64,000 nt of DNA from Paramecium tetraurelia (lineage: Eukaryota), in assembly GCA_000165425.1 (NCBI GenBank), contig CT868252.1, positions 186,001-250,000 of the forward strand, read 5' to 3'. The stretch's first letter is position 1; each line of letters starts with the position of its first letter. The position numbers and the translations under genes are program-made. This document shows, in pieces, positions 1 through 13,845 of the stretch. Below the pieces are notes generated by a model. The model made no database searches and was not told where the DNA came from. It was given only the letters and a program-made list of their open reading frames with translations.

Positions 1-656
1 TTGGAAAAGGTATTAATTCAAAGAGAAGTAGGCTAATATTTTAGATTGATAGAGAATTATGATGAGGCTATTGAATGGTATGATAAAGTGATAAAAATAA
101 AACCAAATCATATAAATGCAATTTGGGGAAAAGGTTAATAATAAGTTTTATCTGTGTAGGCGAATCATTAAGAATGCAAGACAAATTCAGAAAGGCAATC
201 GCTTATTTTGACAAGGTTCTGAAATACCATCCAAAGCATTTCTTGTCTCTATATGGCAAAGGTATCATCAAAAACTATATGTTTTTCAAGGAGAAGCACT
301 TAGAATGCTCAAGTATAATTATGATGCTTCTGTTGAATACAAACAAGCACTTGAATTGTAGCCTAACCATATTAAAGGATTATTTGGATATGGGGAAGTA
401 TTAAAACTGATGAGAAAGTACCAATAATCTTTGGTATGCTACAAGAAAATCTTGGAAATAGATTAAGGCAATATGGAAGCAGTGTAGTTGAAATGTAACT
501 ATCTATTATTGAAATTTAGATGAGGTAGAACATTTCATTTCATAAATGTAATAAAAGGAATAGATTAATATAATGAGAAAGTAAGATCTCTAAAGCAATA
601 GTAAATTTTTTGATGGTCTTTAAACCAATACTCTAAATTTTAGAAAAAAGTTTTGA
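1..656 (+). CDS. TPR-repeat protein (5' end outside window)
   Basis: 34-aa TPR units such as GKGQYFRLIENYDEAIEWYDKVIKIKPNHINAIW and GKGESLRMQDKFRKAIAYFDKVLKYHPKHFLSLY; GT-AG introns 10-31, 134-159, 262-290, 495-519; TGA 654-656. Confidence 0.9.
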
Positions 657-748
657 ATAAAAACAAAGATGTATATGATAATACTAAAAAATTTTCAATT
701 ATTAATACAAAAATGAAAAGCTCTATTAATTTTTTGAATAGTAATTTA

Positions 749-2050
749 TCAATCATGATCATGTTATTTTTTTTTCTCTTCCTTTTTTCTTCTAACCTCC
801 TTGAATTTGGTTCTTAATTTAGCATCGTGTCTTTAAAGATTTTCTAAATTTTCTTTTTCTATTTATGCCTTATCGATATCCAAAGCTGCCAAATTTGTAT
901 AATCTCCTCTCAGTTACGCATCAGATGGTAGAAATGGAGGTTTGATGGTTACTTAATGTGGTTACTAAATATGATTTATGTATATTTACCATATGTCGAT
1001 GATCCCAATATCGTACGCCATCAAACTCTATGTATCCCATGTAAGTACCAAATATTTTACACAATTCTTATTAGCCCATATTAATGGATCCTTCAAAATA
1101 ATCGGTAGCTTTTCTTTTAACTTTTCCAAATTTTAAAGTTGCAGTCAATCCTTTATTTGTCTAATACGTAGAAACACCAAGAGTCTTGATGAATTACTAA
1201 TAATATACTTCAACTTTCATTGAACCCATGATAGTTCCACTGTAAAGTTCATAGGCAAAATTATAATCAATTCTCTGGCCCCCATTGAATATTATGGTTC
1301 TTTTACCCTTATTCTTGAGAGTGATAGAGTTAAGTCCAGCCGAGGCTTCGTAACAATAATTTCTAATCATATACAAAGGTGATACCCAAAGTATTTATAA
1401 GAATCATCTCTACCAACACCATAGAATTAGCTTATGGGTGGGTGGTGACTAATTTACTCTGCATATAAAGTTGTTCCATCTGACAAGAAACCTTCGACAG
1501 TTTCTCCCAAGATAGGATTTAAAGGCTTGTGGAAACTCAGGTTTATGTGGAATGTAGCTATGGTAGCAGTTATGACCAATTTCAACTACTCCATAAAATC
1601 TACTGTTTGAACGGCTCGGTTGATATACAAAGGAAAGAATATGGTAGATTATAAATTTTTCTCCAAAGCCGATTTGGCAATCATTGCCTTAATTGGAAAA
1701 CTGATTTTAGTGAGATTCATGTCTCCAGATAAAATTTTACGTCCGATTTGCTAAATCACATAGGTCCCCACGGATCTCATACATTTGATTTGCTTTTTAT
1801 CTTCGAATTTCTTTCCACCATCTTTCTATGCTTGATCACATCTAGAGTCATCCTTAGATTGAATCGGTTGAAATGTTGCTACCTTTTATTATATAATATC
1901 ATATGGATCATTATTGAAATGCCTAATAAGATTATTGATTTTCTCATACTCTTCTGTGATGTAAAATTGCACAGCATCAGGAGCAGTTTATTAGACTTGT
2001 TATATTCTTATATCGTTATCCAAATCTTCTGAACTTAAGGTGCTATTCAT
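749..2050 (-). CDS. Oxysterol-binding protein (OSBP/ORP family)
   Basis: OSBP signature EQISHHPP, plus HKPLNPILGET and LPSDAQLRGD motifs; ATG 2050, TGA 751-749; short introns. Confidence 0.92.
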
Positions 2051-2340
2051 TTTATTTATTTAATTAAAATCAAATCATTTTTCAATGATAAAATTCATAA
2101 AATCACTTACTCACTTTTAATCCACATTGACCATTTCATATTTCTAAGTACTTTAAAAGTTCTAAAATTTATCATTCAAAAAAGATGTTAAAATAATTTT
2201 ACATTTTACATTGTTGTTTTAATATTATTACATATTTACTTAGGTTTTAATTTAGCTGATAATATGATGTGTACAGATATTATAGGAAGTAATTCGATTA
2301 ATTAGCATTTGATTAATTTGTTTATTTTAATAATTATTTG

Positions 2341-2847
2341 ATGCTGATCAGCAGTGCAAAGCAATCTGTTAGATCAAGTAACAATGAAAGCACAAATTTT
2401 AATTCTAGATTATGTAGAAACCTCTAATCGATGACAATAAGTGCAAGATTCTAAACAGAATTATTATAATTGGAATAATAAAATGAACCATTTTTATTCA
2501 GTTAATAACGATCAACACTTAGGTAATGAATAATTAAATTTAGTTCTGTGGATTTTAGTAGATAAATTAGTTCTAAACAATCATGTAGATCTAGTATGCC
2601 AAATATCAATATTAATGGATATCATAATCCATGTTCTAAAAGAAAAAATGATAGAATGATCCTAAGAACAACACCTTGTCTTATCTATATGCCTGGACTT
2701 AAAAGAGAAGACATCAAGGAAGATACATCATCATAACTCGCTTATCAAAAACAGATTAGAAGTCCTCTTTTGAAAACTCCCATTAAACACATAAGCTTTT
2801 AATTTAGAAATAGAGATAAGTGCAATCCACTCCATAAAATAAATTGA
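2341..2847 (+). CDS. Hypothetical Ser-rich protein
   Basis: Open in the ciliate code with one ~21-nt GT-AG intron near 2523-2543; no recognisable domain. Confidence 0.55.
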
Positions 2848-2954
2848 CTTTTTCAATAATCATTAATAAATTTGGATTGATGCATATTCTTCCTTAAGAT
2901 ACTTTCAATTTAATTAAGATTTTTGATTATGATATAAATGTTAGATGATAATCT

Positions 2955-3404
2955 TCACTTAGTAAGCGATTAATTGAATTTTTCGATATTTTTAATATCT
3001 CTTTAGTATCTAGTTCGCTCTTACAGTCGAAGTTATTGGAGCGTCTTTGTTTCAGTCATATAAAGGTCTAGTTTTTACTACTAATGTTTTTGTTGAGCCT
3101 TTGATGCACTAAGTTCTTTTCTGAGATTGAGATTTTCAAGTATTAGTTTTTCCTATTGAGAGAGAAGGGATTCAATTTATTAAGATGTCTTTGAATTCAT
3201 GTCATTGATCAGTTTGTCTTTGGCAGCCAATTCTTTTTTCAATTACTCAATTGTTTCAATGTTTGTTTGAATGTTGGAAAATGTTTATTAAAATTTAACA
3301 GTTTGAGGTTCGAGTGTAACTATAGAATCGGCACTTCGTTTTGTTTAATTCGGGGATTAGAACATTTGGTGAAGTTCATCTTATGTAATATATAGTGGAT
3401 TCAT
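2955..3404 (-). CDS. Hypothetical coiled-coil protein
   Basis: ATG 3404; heptad-like IETIEQLKKELAAKDKLINDM; first in-frame TGA at 2957-2955 (3' end could be extended by splicing). Confidence 0.6.
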
Positions 3405-3432
3405 AAAAGGAAATAAATATATTTTATTTCTA

Positions 3433-4133
3433 ATGCAATAAGATAATTAAGCTCAAGAAGCACAAATTTTAGAAGATTTAATTATCGAAGACTTCTAAAA
3501 AGTGATCACTTCATTGACAGATGCCCAGGTTGCCATTAATTATTTTGAAGATGATCCTGAAAATCCTAAAATATTAGTATTCCTGAACTTAGTAATCCAA
3601 TCTCTAAATCAATCCAAATCGAATTACTAATCAATCAACATCAAATATTCGAACTTAATGGCCAAAATCAAATTGATAAAACAACATGTTAAAGAATTAT
3701 GTTAGGAAATTAAGATCTAAATTAAATACAACACAATAGTTGATGAATATCTTTCTTTCTTTACAAACAAAATATTGGATCAATAGATTGGCATAGAGGA
3801 AAAGAAGCAATTTAATGTATCCTCAAAAGAGTCAACAAATGTTTCAGAACTCTTAAGTGCTCTCCCTGTAGAAAAATGGAATCATGATATCTTTATATCC
3901 AAAGAGTAGATTATTGCTAGTCTAATGTAAATTTTATAATTAATTATAGGAAGAGAAAAGGAAAGCTATTTTTGGAGATGTAGATGCTTTGGATTAACAC
4001 AGTCAAGTCAGAACCTAAAGTGGAGGAATATGGAAAACCTTTGTATTTGAGAGCAAGTTACAAGTCTGACTTGATTTTCTTTGGTGTTGCAGTATGTTTA
4101 TGCATAGTAGTTGCTTATTGCATGAGTTAATGA
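3433..4133 (+). CDS. Hypothetical tail-anchored membrane protein
   Basis: One 23-nt intron near 3927-3949; C-terminal hydrophobic helix LIFFGVAVCLCIVVAYCM directly before TGA. Confidence 0.7.
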
Positions 4134-4162
4134 TAATTATAATAAAATTAATAATATATTTG

Positions 4163-6529
4163 ATGGATAATGAGATCAATAATTAAGATTAATAATAACA
4201 ATAATTTCTAGTTGACGAAAGTGTAAAACCATAGAATTTATTTACTAATCATCTTATCTCATCTAATAGAAGGAGTTACACAAATTTTTCTCAATCTCAA
4301 CTCATTCAGTCAAATCTCCCTTAATTATTAGAAAAAGTGTTAATACATATTTTATCTGAATAACTAATAGAAATGGGTACATTCGTAGTTGTTGACAATT
4401 GTGATTTAGAATTGTTTTGTTCATAACTATCTGTCTAACCACTTAAAGATTTTATTTAAAATTAGGATAGCTCCAAGTTACATCCTTAATAATTGTAGCA
4501 TTATCAAAATTATGAAAAGGATTTAGAAACAATTAAGATATAGATTGACCCAAGGAAATTAAGAATGTTGATTGTTTAATGTAATAAACTTGTTGTAACA
4601 TACAAATCTATCCAATTATTGATTAACAAATTTAAAGTACAGATGTATGCTAATTCTATTGATGGTGAATTGAGTAGGCTACAATGTCATCATCTACTTG
4701 AAAAAATAGAATAAGAACTTTCTCAAATATAGAAATATCACGATGTAGTTAAATAAAAATTAGCAGAGAAAAACGAAATTGCTTAATTTTTAAATTATCC
4801 CATAAAAGATGTGTATAAATAAGAAATCAAACGATAATTTTGTTTAATATTCATCCAAAAAGATTAATAGACATTCCCTTAAAAATAGAGAACTGAAATC
4901 TAGCCTACTTTAACAATCCATAAAAAACTTCCTAGTTATCGATAATCTACAATTAGTTTGTTAAGACCTGGCAAACATACTCAATCTATTTCAAATGACA
5001 ATAGAATTAGTGAAGAAATCTCAATAAAAAGCAGAATTACTTAACATTTTTATTCAATTGAAAAAAAAATCAATGATACAATGTCTTAGAAATAATTATC
5101 CTTCTTATAAAAATATAAAACTAAATTTTCCAATACTACTTATGACTCATTCACCATGAAATTAATCGAAAATATTTACTTATCAATTTAGACCAATTTT
5201 CTAATTAATAATATAGATGAAGTATTTGAGAATTACAACGATCAAATTAATCTTTAGCAATTATAAACAATTATGAAATTACTCAAAACTTAAACTTGTA
5301 TTAACATATTTGAGAAAATAATAAACTCTAAATCGATTTAGCTTAATGAAGAGTTGTGCAGTAAAGATCTAAAAGCCAAATGTAAATAAGATCTAAAGAT
5401 AATCTCGGATATTTTTACATAAGAATAACTTATAAGACTACATCAAAATATCCATCAACTAAATTAAACGATAACTTCATATTTAAATTAATTAGACAGT
5501 ATAATCCATTAAATATTAGACGGAAATAAAAATACCATTAACTTCAATTTACTTTAAATATAGGCAGATTTCTAGCAAATATCTGAAGATATTATCTCGA
5601 GAATGTATGGTTAAACTTTACTTATGCTAAAGTATATTCAAAATAATAGCATCATTTTATTGTAGTCTTTATCAAATTTCCTTTCTAAAACTAATTTTTC
5701 TGAATAGCATTTACTCCTTTATCCATTTCAATAATTGGCATCCGCAATCAATAAGACGATAAATTAGGTATTGCATCAAGCCTAAAATGAAATTGTAAGT
5801 AATCTCTTATTTGAAACTTATATATGCATTATTTCAAAACATATGATCGATAGAAGATAATAATATATTGAATAGCTAAATTCGTAAAGTAAGTTAATCA
5901 TGTTGCAAATTTCTTAAATCATCTAAGGGAAGTTACTAAAACAGTAGATTTACTCATATTCCCAATCAAAGGTTTACTTATATGATCTTAATGAAATTTA
6001 ATAATCCATCGAATGGCTATTTGATTAACATATTCTTAAGAAACAAATTAATAGAACTATGGATTCAATTGAAGAATTTTCATTTTTTATCACGCAAATA
6101 ATATCTTAGATTAAGGCTCTATTTGAGGAGGAATTTTTTAATGAAAATATTAAGTATAATAGAATTGCTTCCTAATTACAACTATTTGAAAACTATGTTA
6201 AATAAGAAATTCTAAAGAAGCCTTCAGAGCAACAGCTGAAAATTCAATGGTCAAACAAAATATTTAGACTCTTCCATAAAATCAATAATGAATATTTACC
6301 AACGTCAAGATCAATGACAAGAAGAAAATAAACAACAGAACCAAAATCTTTAGATAATCAAACTGCTTTATAAAGCCCAGCCCAATCTTCATAATAATAA
6401 AAGCTCACATTTTTTAAACAGAGTATATATGTAAAAGGTAATAGAACACATATTTAATAAACTGAAAGATTAACATAATCCACTGTAAAGTTTAAAGACT
6501 AAAAGGAATTGGAAAAAAAAATAAGTTGA
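4163..6529 (+). CDS. Hypothetical 788-aa Gln-rich helical protein, intronless
   Basis: ATG 4163 and TGA 6527-6529 are in the same frame, with an apparently continuous reading frame in the ciliate code. Confidence 0.75.
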
Positions 6530-7073
6530 AAATTAATTATTATACTTTTAATTCATGATACACAATAATTAATATTATAAGTATTCTTTTAGATATTTAA
6601 AGAACAAAATTTTTGATTTTCCTTTACTAATTATCTTATGGTTTAATAGAAAGAGGAATAATATAATTTTAAGAATAATTTTTTTGCTTTTTATTTATTT
6701 TATTAAGTTCGTAAATTAATTAAAAAAATACAAAATATATCTTTATATGACTTTCTTTAGTTCCTCATGAATTAATTTTCTCTTGTTGGGATGGTTAAAC
6801 GGTTAGGACTTATGTTTTATTAAGCAAGTCTTAGAGGATTTAAAAATAGTATTATACTAAAAGAAAGTAAATATTGGAAATTAAAGTAGATATGAAGATT
6901 ATTGATAATGTTTAACGATAAAAATATGAGTAAATATATTATATTGCCAATTTGAAATAAAGATTAATAAAATTTAATTGCTTTGTAATGAATTATATGA
7001 ATATATGAGTTAGAATAAATGCACATAAGTATTTGAAAGAAACTGATTTATATAATAAATCATTGATTATATA

Positions 7074-7977
7074 TCACATCTCAGTTAACCTTTTTTTTAT
7101 TTCTTGAATCAGATTCTCTTGAGTAGTTTGTTTTAATTTAAACCATTAGTTCAAATGATTGGCACTCAATCTTTCCTCAGGTTGGATACTAAACATTTAA
7201 ACGAATAAATTTTTGCATTCTTGATCTAAGTTTGATCGTATGTCCTTCCAATAGGTGTCCCATTGTTTATTTTTAATTAAATTCCACCATGGATCATGAT
7301 TGTCTGGATTATTTGATTCAAAGGGAGGATGACCAGTTATTAAAATGAAAAATATAACAGCAACCGAAAACAAGTCACTCTTTATATAATTTGGATTTGA
7401 TGTCCATATTTCTGGAGCAGTGTATCCTTCACTACCAGCTATGGTTTATTTTTCGATTGCCATCTTCCCATTCCATCTGGCAAAACCGAAATCACATAAT
7501 TTGATATTGTATTAACTATCTATAAGAACATTTGATAATTTAAGATCTCCATGAGTAAATCCTTATTCATGCATATAAGTTAGAGCTAGAGTTACCTGAT
7601 ACATGAGGGAGGCAGCTATGCAAACTGGAAATGGAGAGGATTTGATCAATTAAACTAAGGTGCCATAGGGACAATATTGAAGGACCAGACATGTGAAATC
7701 TTGGCTGTAGCCGAATAGCTCAATTATATGGGGATGCTTGATGTGGATGAGAATTTGTATTTCATTCTTAGTAACTTCAAGTTATTGGAAGTAATACGAA
7801 TAAGTTAATGGCGGTGTCTTATATTTTTTGGGCTTGGCACTTCAAGGCATATTCTTTCTTTTCGTTTCCTTTGGTCTCAAGCGCGAGAAGAACTTTAGCA
7901 TCATGTCCTTCACCCAAGGTAGATTAGATTTTTAAGCCTTAGAAAAACTGGGGAGGTAATGCCTAAACTTGTTGCAT
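7074..7977 (-). CDS. Ser/Thr protein kinase
   Basis: LGEGHDAKV Gly-loop, YALK, HGDLKLSN, DFG, GYTAPE, SDLFS; the frame needs two 23-nt introns (7818-7840, 7775-7797). Confidence 0.88.
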
Positions 7978-8159
7978 TCGAATAATCTTAAATTAAATTA
8001 TGTAAAATCATGAACTTAATTTAATATTGGACATAAACTCTAATCTCTTGCCCTCTCTAAAAGATAATGATGCGGCAATTCTCTAATTTATAAAGATTAT
8101 TTTAGAATTATAGTCATGTATAGATTATCATAATTAATTTACAATCAATTTGCTTCTAA

Positions 8160-8720
8160 TTATGGCATTTATTAACTCTACAGGAGTGGTTGAAATTAAG
8201 ATTTTGAATATAAAAACTAATTTCAAAATCTTACAAACTTTGAATAGTGTAACTTTTCAAGAAAGGAGTCTATGATGATTTGAGAATCCAAAATTATAAA
8301 CCTCCTAAGTTAAAGTAAATATCGATACTATAAGGGCAAATAAAATTTTAGAAGTCTAATATCATATTCATAATTTCTCAATTTTTCAATTAGAGTAGGA
8401 CTACTACAATAAGTATTTGAAAATGTGTAACGAAGCTAGCAAAGAATAAATTTGATTAGATTTATATAATCTAATTAGAGATTTTAAATAAGAGGTTCTG
8501 AGGAATAAAGGACTAAAATTAGAAGTTTAATTAGCAACATGGATTGCACATGGAGGAAAATAGGATAAGCATTTCAATACAATATTGACTGAAATTCTGT
8601 TAATACTTTAAGTGGTATAGCTATTATCATTTAATCCTAAAGACATATATGAGGCCAATCAGGCAAATTTAAGTGAATTGCAGTGTGAATCCTTTTTTTT
8701 AGGTATTAATGGATGACTAA
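8160..8720 (+). pseudogene. Possible decayed gene relic
   Basis: Coding-like composition in short frames broken by TGA and frameshifts; no consistent gene model found. Confidence 0.2.
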
Positions 8721-9298
8721 CTTTATTGCCTTGGCTTGTTCAGGTAGTATGATACATAATTTAAAATTATAAATTAGTAAAATGTCAGAAATCTTGAACT
8801 ACCAAATTATGTACATAAATTATTAATATTTTACAATATTTAAGGATTAAATAATCCATATTTAATATAAAAAGGCTATCTATTATTATTTAATAAAAAT
8901 TTTGTTTAATTCTTGTGTTTTTATAATTCATTTTATCTATTAAATTTTCAATGAGTTTATTATTTAATAAATATATTAGTATCTTTATTTTGAGCTTCAA
9001 ATAATGGTAATCATATCTTTAAATTATATGAGTCTAAATTTCACATTCAATTAATCAAAATTATGATGAATCTAAGAATTTTTAAACAATCTTTCTTAAT
9101 TAGATTTGTTTTTTAATTCAGATCAAGGTGTCAATTTAATCCAAAATATTTTTGATAAATCTTATAATTATATGAATGGATGATGGCTAATTCTTATCAA
9201 TTAACTAGTGTAATTAATTAATTCTATTGTATTCTATTGTATTTTCTTCAAAGTCATCACTATTTTTGGATAAGAAATCTATTACGGAGTGATTTAAG

Positions 9299-11047
9299 AT
9301 GCTTCCTCTACTTTCTAAATAGTTCTATAATCAATATAAAAGTTCATATCAAAACTAATAAGATTGGATTGATTCATCTTTAGACAGTTTTATCTCCAGA
9401 CTAAAGAATTTATCTACTAATCTAAAGAAACCAACTATAAGAGTTGAAAAGTCTTATTATTATTAAGATATAAATATAAAGGATTTAATAGGAATTCATA
9501 AAAAGGAACAAAAAGATTTTACAGTTAATAAACATAAAAAGAAATCTGTAATTAAATTCCTGCATAAACAGTATAATATTATTTAAAACTAGAAAAGTCA
9601 AATATTACAAAATTAAATTAATAAGTTATCTGATCTTTTGAGTATCATACTCAATAATGTAAAAGAATATAAGCTCATATTAAAAATAATATTAATGCGC
9701 TGTATAACATTTGAAGATCAAATTCAATAACAGTAAAATTAAATTCATTCATCTAAAATAATACAATGGTATTATTAAAATGTTATGGCAAAGGAAATAT
9801 CGGATTTTTAAACTGCGATCATCCGATAAGTTATTATATTTTATAAATTATCAGATAATTAATTTTTATACATGATCTGCTACAAAAGGAAATTCTTTTC
9901 AATCGAAAAGTACAACATTTTTATGTTAAAAGAAGGGATCCAATTTTCAAATGTAATTTTAAACGTATTATCAAGGATTAACACTCACTAGTAATATAGC
10001 TTTATTCGTTTGAACCGAAAATCAATTGGATTAAAAATGATAATTCTGACTTAATCTCATTTGAATTGTGCCAGAACAAAAATAAGTAGAACTTCAAATT
10101 TGCTCCGCATATTGGAAAACTATTAAAAGAGTTTATGAATGGGAAGGTCTGCTTTTAAGGAATAAATAATCACTATAAAATTGCCTAATATATCTAGAAA
10201 AGAAATTATGGTTCTGTATTTATCTTATTCTACTATTTTAGATAGTTCGAATGAGAAATATTTTCAACGAGGAATTAGTCACATGCAAAATTCTTAAATA
10301 GGGAACAGCGGAATAAGAACTGGTAAAATTTATGAGTAATAAAGGTATTTCGAAATGAAGTAATTGCCCTATAGTTTTTAAATCATAAAAATATTCCCAA
10401 GTTAAAAGAATATTATATTGAATCACACCATAACTATATAATATACGAGTTTATAGAAGGAGCTTCTTTGGATAATTTCATCAAGAAAAATATACTTAAT
10501 AAGGATCAAATTTATAAAATAATGAAGGTAAATTTTTGAAATTATCTATAGGATTTATTGGCAATAGTAAAATATTTACATAAAGAAGGATTCAGTCATT
10601 AAAACATCAAATTAGAGAACGTTTTTTATTGTTCAATCTAGGATCATATAACTTTAATTGATTTCGGATAATCAAAAATAAAGAATATAATACATTTAAA
10701 ACATGTTTCATCAATATACACTGAAATTACTTAAGATTAGACAAATGCCAATACAGATAGTAACAGGGAGTCTTCCATGGAATAAGATTATAAAGATTGT
10801 GGAATTGTGTTTTTGTAATTGTAAGCAATTCTAAATAAATTTAAGAATAACTCGAAAAATATTGAACAGTTAAGAATTGCTAAAACTGAAAGAAAATGGA
10901 ATAATTCGTTAGATTGTTACTGAGTTTCATAATTAAAATGTCTCTAAATTTATTATGAAACTTATTAACTATAGTAATTTATAAACCTTAGACAATCTTA
11001 ATTTTGCATAGACCTTTTATGAACCTATTGCGTCTATGAAATACTGA
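9299..11047 (+). CDS. Protein kinase-like protein, probable pseudokinase (start may instead be 9766)
   Basis: VTCK, NEVIALQFLNHKNIPKL, YEFIEG, HQNIKLEN, DFG; introns near 9953, 10216, 10323, 10528, 10821; TGA 11045-11047. Confidence 0.8.
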
Positions 11048-11158
11048 AAATTTTGAAACTATTTAATTTGTATAATCGAAGTTTTGTTGATTTAATATAT
11101 GTGTACTCTTAATTAAGGAATTAATTCATTAAGTTTAATAAAATTTATTTATCCAAAG

Positions 11159-12504
11159 ATGGGTGATCATTTTAAGAAAATTGACATACTAATAAGGAAA
11201 TAGCAATTCCAAAAGAGTTTAAGTAAGCTAGAGAAATTGTAAGTTGAATTGAACACTAAATTAAATAACCCCGAAGAATGCTCTGAAACTGAATTAGTAT
11301 TATGATTATTAATGAGATTCTTCAAAGCAATATTTATGAAAGATATGCCCAAATCTTTATTGATATCAACTAAGTTTATCGTGCTATGCAATATTTGATA
11401 AATATGATCAAAATAGAAAAAGAACTTTTCAAAACTCAAAACGATAAAGAAAGCATTCTTAGACTATGTAATTCTTATGCTAAAATTGGTAATAATTGAC
11501 AATACTTTAAGGAAGATGTTGCTTTTATTGTTGCTACTATGAGTAAACCTTCAAATACCTTGATTATGCATAATAATTGTTGATCAAGCATGGCTTAACT
11601 TAAACTGGAGTATATGCTATGACATTAACACAATTGGGGAATTATTACAGATTTATGTTCCAAGATGATTTAGCGGAATCGATGTTATATGAGAGTATCA
11701 AAATTAGAGAAGACCTATTTACAAGATAATCAATAGTACTATTTCCTTACATATTTTAGGAAGTTGCAGATTCTTTGCATGGATTATCGTAATTATTTTC
11801 AGATGAAGGAAAGATAGAAGAAGCCATGAAATCCATTTCAGAAGCCATTTCAATATGGACAGAAGTTCTAGGTTATCAACATATAAAAACTGCCAAGTCA
11901 ATCTATTTGAAAGGCAATCTGTACTTAAGAATGAAAAATAATCAAGAAAGTAGAATTATTGTAATTTATCTAGATTTATCTGCTGCTGAAAAACTTATTA
12001 CTGAAAGCTTAGAAATTAATCTCAAGATTATGGGAGAGTCATCTTAAGATATTGCTGATTGTTATCATTCATTAGGAAAAATTAAAGCTTATAATAAAAC
12101 TTCAAATGAATTTGAATAATATTTCAAAAAATCTCAAGAGATCCTAAAAACCTTGTATGGTCAAAGTCACGCAAGTATCGCAATTATTCTTAATAATTTT
12201 GGAAGATCTTATTTTGAAAGAAAATAATATGAAGAAGCAGTTAATTGTTTTGAAGAATCTATTAAAATCTACACATAGTTATGTGGCAATATGCATGGTA
12301 ATTTAGCAATTACCCTCAAAAATTGTGCAGATTGCCACAAAGAACTCGGTCGATACAAATAAGCTTATATTGACTATCAAAGATCATTAGAAATTTATTA
12401 GGTATTTATCTTTTATAACGAAGAAAATGTAAATAAACTCTTCATAGGCAAATTAAATATAAAATTTAATGTCCTAAATCTCAGATAAGTACTTAGAGGA
12501 TTGA
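11159..12504 (+). CDS. Kinesin-light-chain-type (42-aa) TPR protein
   Basis: HASIAIILNNFGRSYFERKQYEEAVNCFEESIKIY and HIKTAKSIYLKGNLY repeats; three short introns; TGA 12502-12504. Confidence 0.85.
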
Positions 12505-13845
12505 TATATAAAACTCAAATTTATCAAAAATTATCAATATTTCACTCATATTTACATGTTCTTAGATTGACCAATTCTTTTTTCTCATTCTTTAAAGTGA
12601 AGCAGCAATTTAGTTATAAATAAATTTTTAAAATAGGTGATACTAATTTAATTCATATTCTATAGAAGGCGTTAAATTACAAGGCAATTAACTGTAAATT
12701 AGTCAAATTATTGATATATAATTTTCAAATATTTTTGGAAATGGAAGATCTTAAATTCACCTTGAATTAAATCAATATTAAGAAGAGATTATTCATTATG
12801 TAGTTTAAATATGTAAATTATTATATTGTTATTAGTTGATATTAAATATTATTTATTATATAATATGCAATAATAAAAATTATTAAAAATTTTTGATTAA
12901 AAATGAAAATAATATGAAATATCAGATATATCTTAGATAACTCTCCTGGTGGTATTTTCATAAATAGTTTAATATTTGTTACTTATTTTATATAACAATA
13001 TTGTCTCATTAAAATTAATGTAATGTATTATAAATTCTTTTCTGATTAATCTTTGTATTATATTGAAATTTATTATTATCAAATTCAATTGTAAGATTAT
13101 TATTTTAACCGCATCATATTCAACATTCTTGGAAATATTCGTTTTAAATTAGAAAAAAGAGTTGCCTTTTAAAAATCCATAAATGAACTTCGCCCATGTG
13201 ATTTTATATAAGTAATAATCAAAGTCTAGAACGGAATTAGAATAGGATGTGTTATTACTATGTTTAGAGGTTTTTATGTTAAGTATATAGGAAATATGAA
13301 TTAATAATAAATATATTCCTCTTGCTTAAACCATAAATCAATAATAATATGTATTTTTACTTCAATTTCAAGATCAACATTTTATAATAGTAATTAGTTT
13401 TAAAATAATGAAGAATCCATATATTTAGAAAATTAAGGTGAATAATTTAAGAAGTTGTTTCTGTTATAAATACAATGAAAAATATACCAAATATATCTCA
13501 AGAATCTCATTAAACACCTAAACAATGCATATTAATAAAATATACATAGTAATATTTGCTTAACAATAGAGAAATTAAAAAAAATTCTTTAATTTTAATA
13601 AGTACTATTTTAGTTTTTGAATAATGTATTATTTTAATTAGAAAATGTAAATGAAAACTAGGATTCTCTTATAATATTATCAAATCAACTAATGTGTGAT
13701 TAATTTATATTATAAAAATATAATAAAAAAATTTTTTAATATAAACAAAGAAAAGTAAGTATCAAAAATTGAAATGAAATTTTCTAGTAAACTTTGAAAT
13801 AAAAATTGATTAAATTTTTGATTATATATTATATATTGTGAAAAA

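Noticed and set aside
7790..7822. A 28-bp TA-bounded segment that could be a retained IES restoring the kinase frame
   Set aside because: The ends do not match the TAYAG-like IES consensus, and two canonical-size introns explain the frame.
9221..9243. Short tandem duplication attctattgt x2.3
   Set aside because: A trivial slippage repeat in AT-rich DNA with no further structure.
12505..13840. Long AT-rich spacer (also 27830-28700 and 32080-33170) inspected for tRNA, snRNA, telomeric or transposon features
   Set aside because: No cloverleaf, terminal inverted repeats, C4A2/C3A3 tracts or periodic array were visible by eye. An Infernal/tRNAscan search would be needed to exclude small RNAs.
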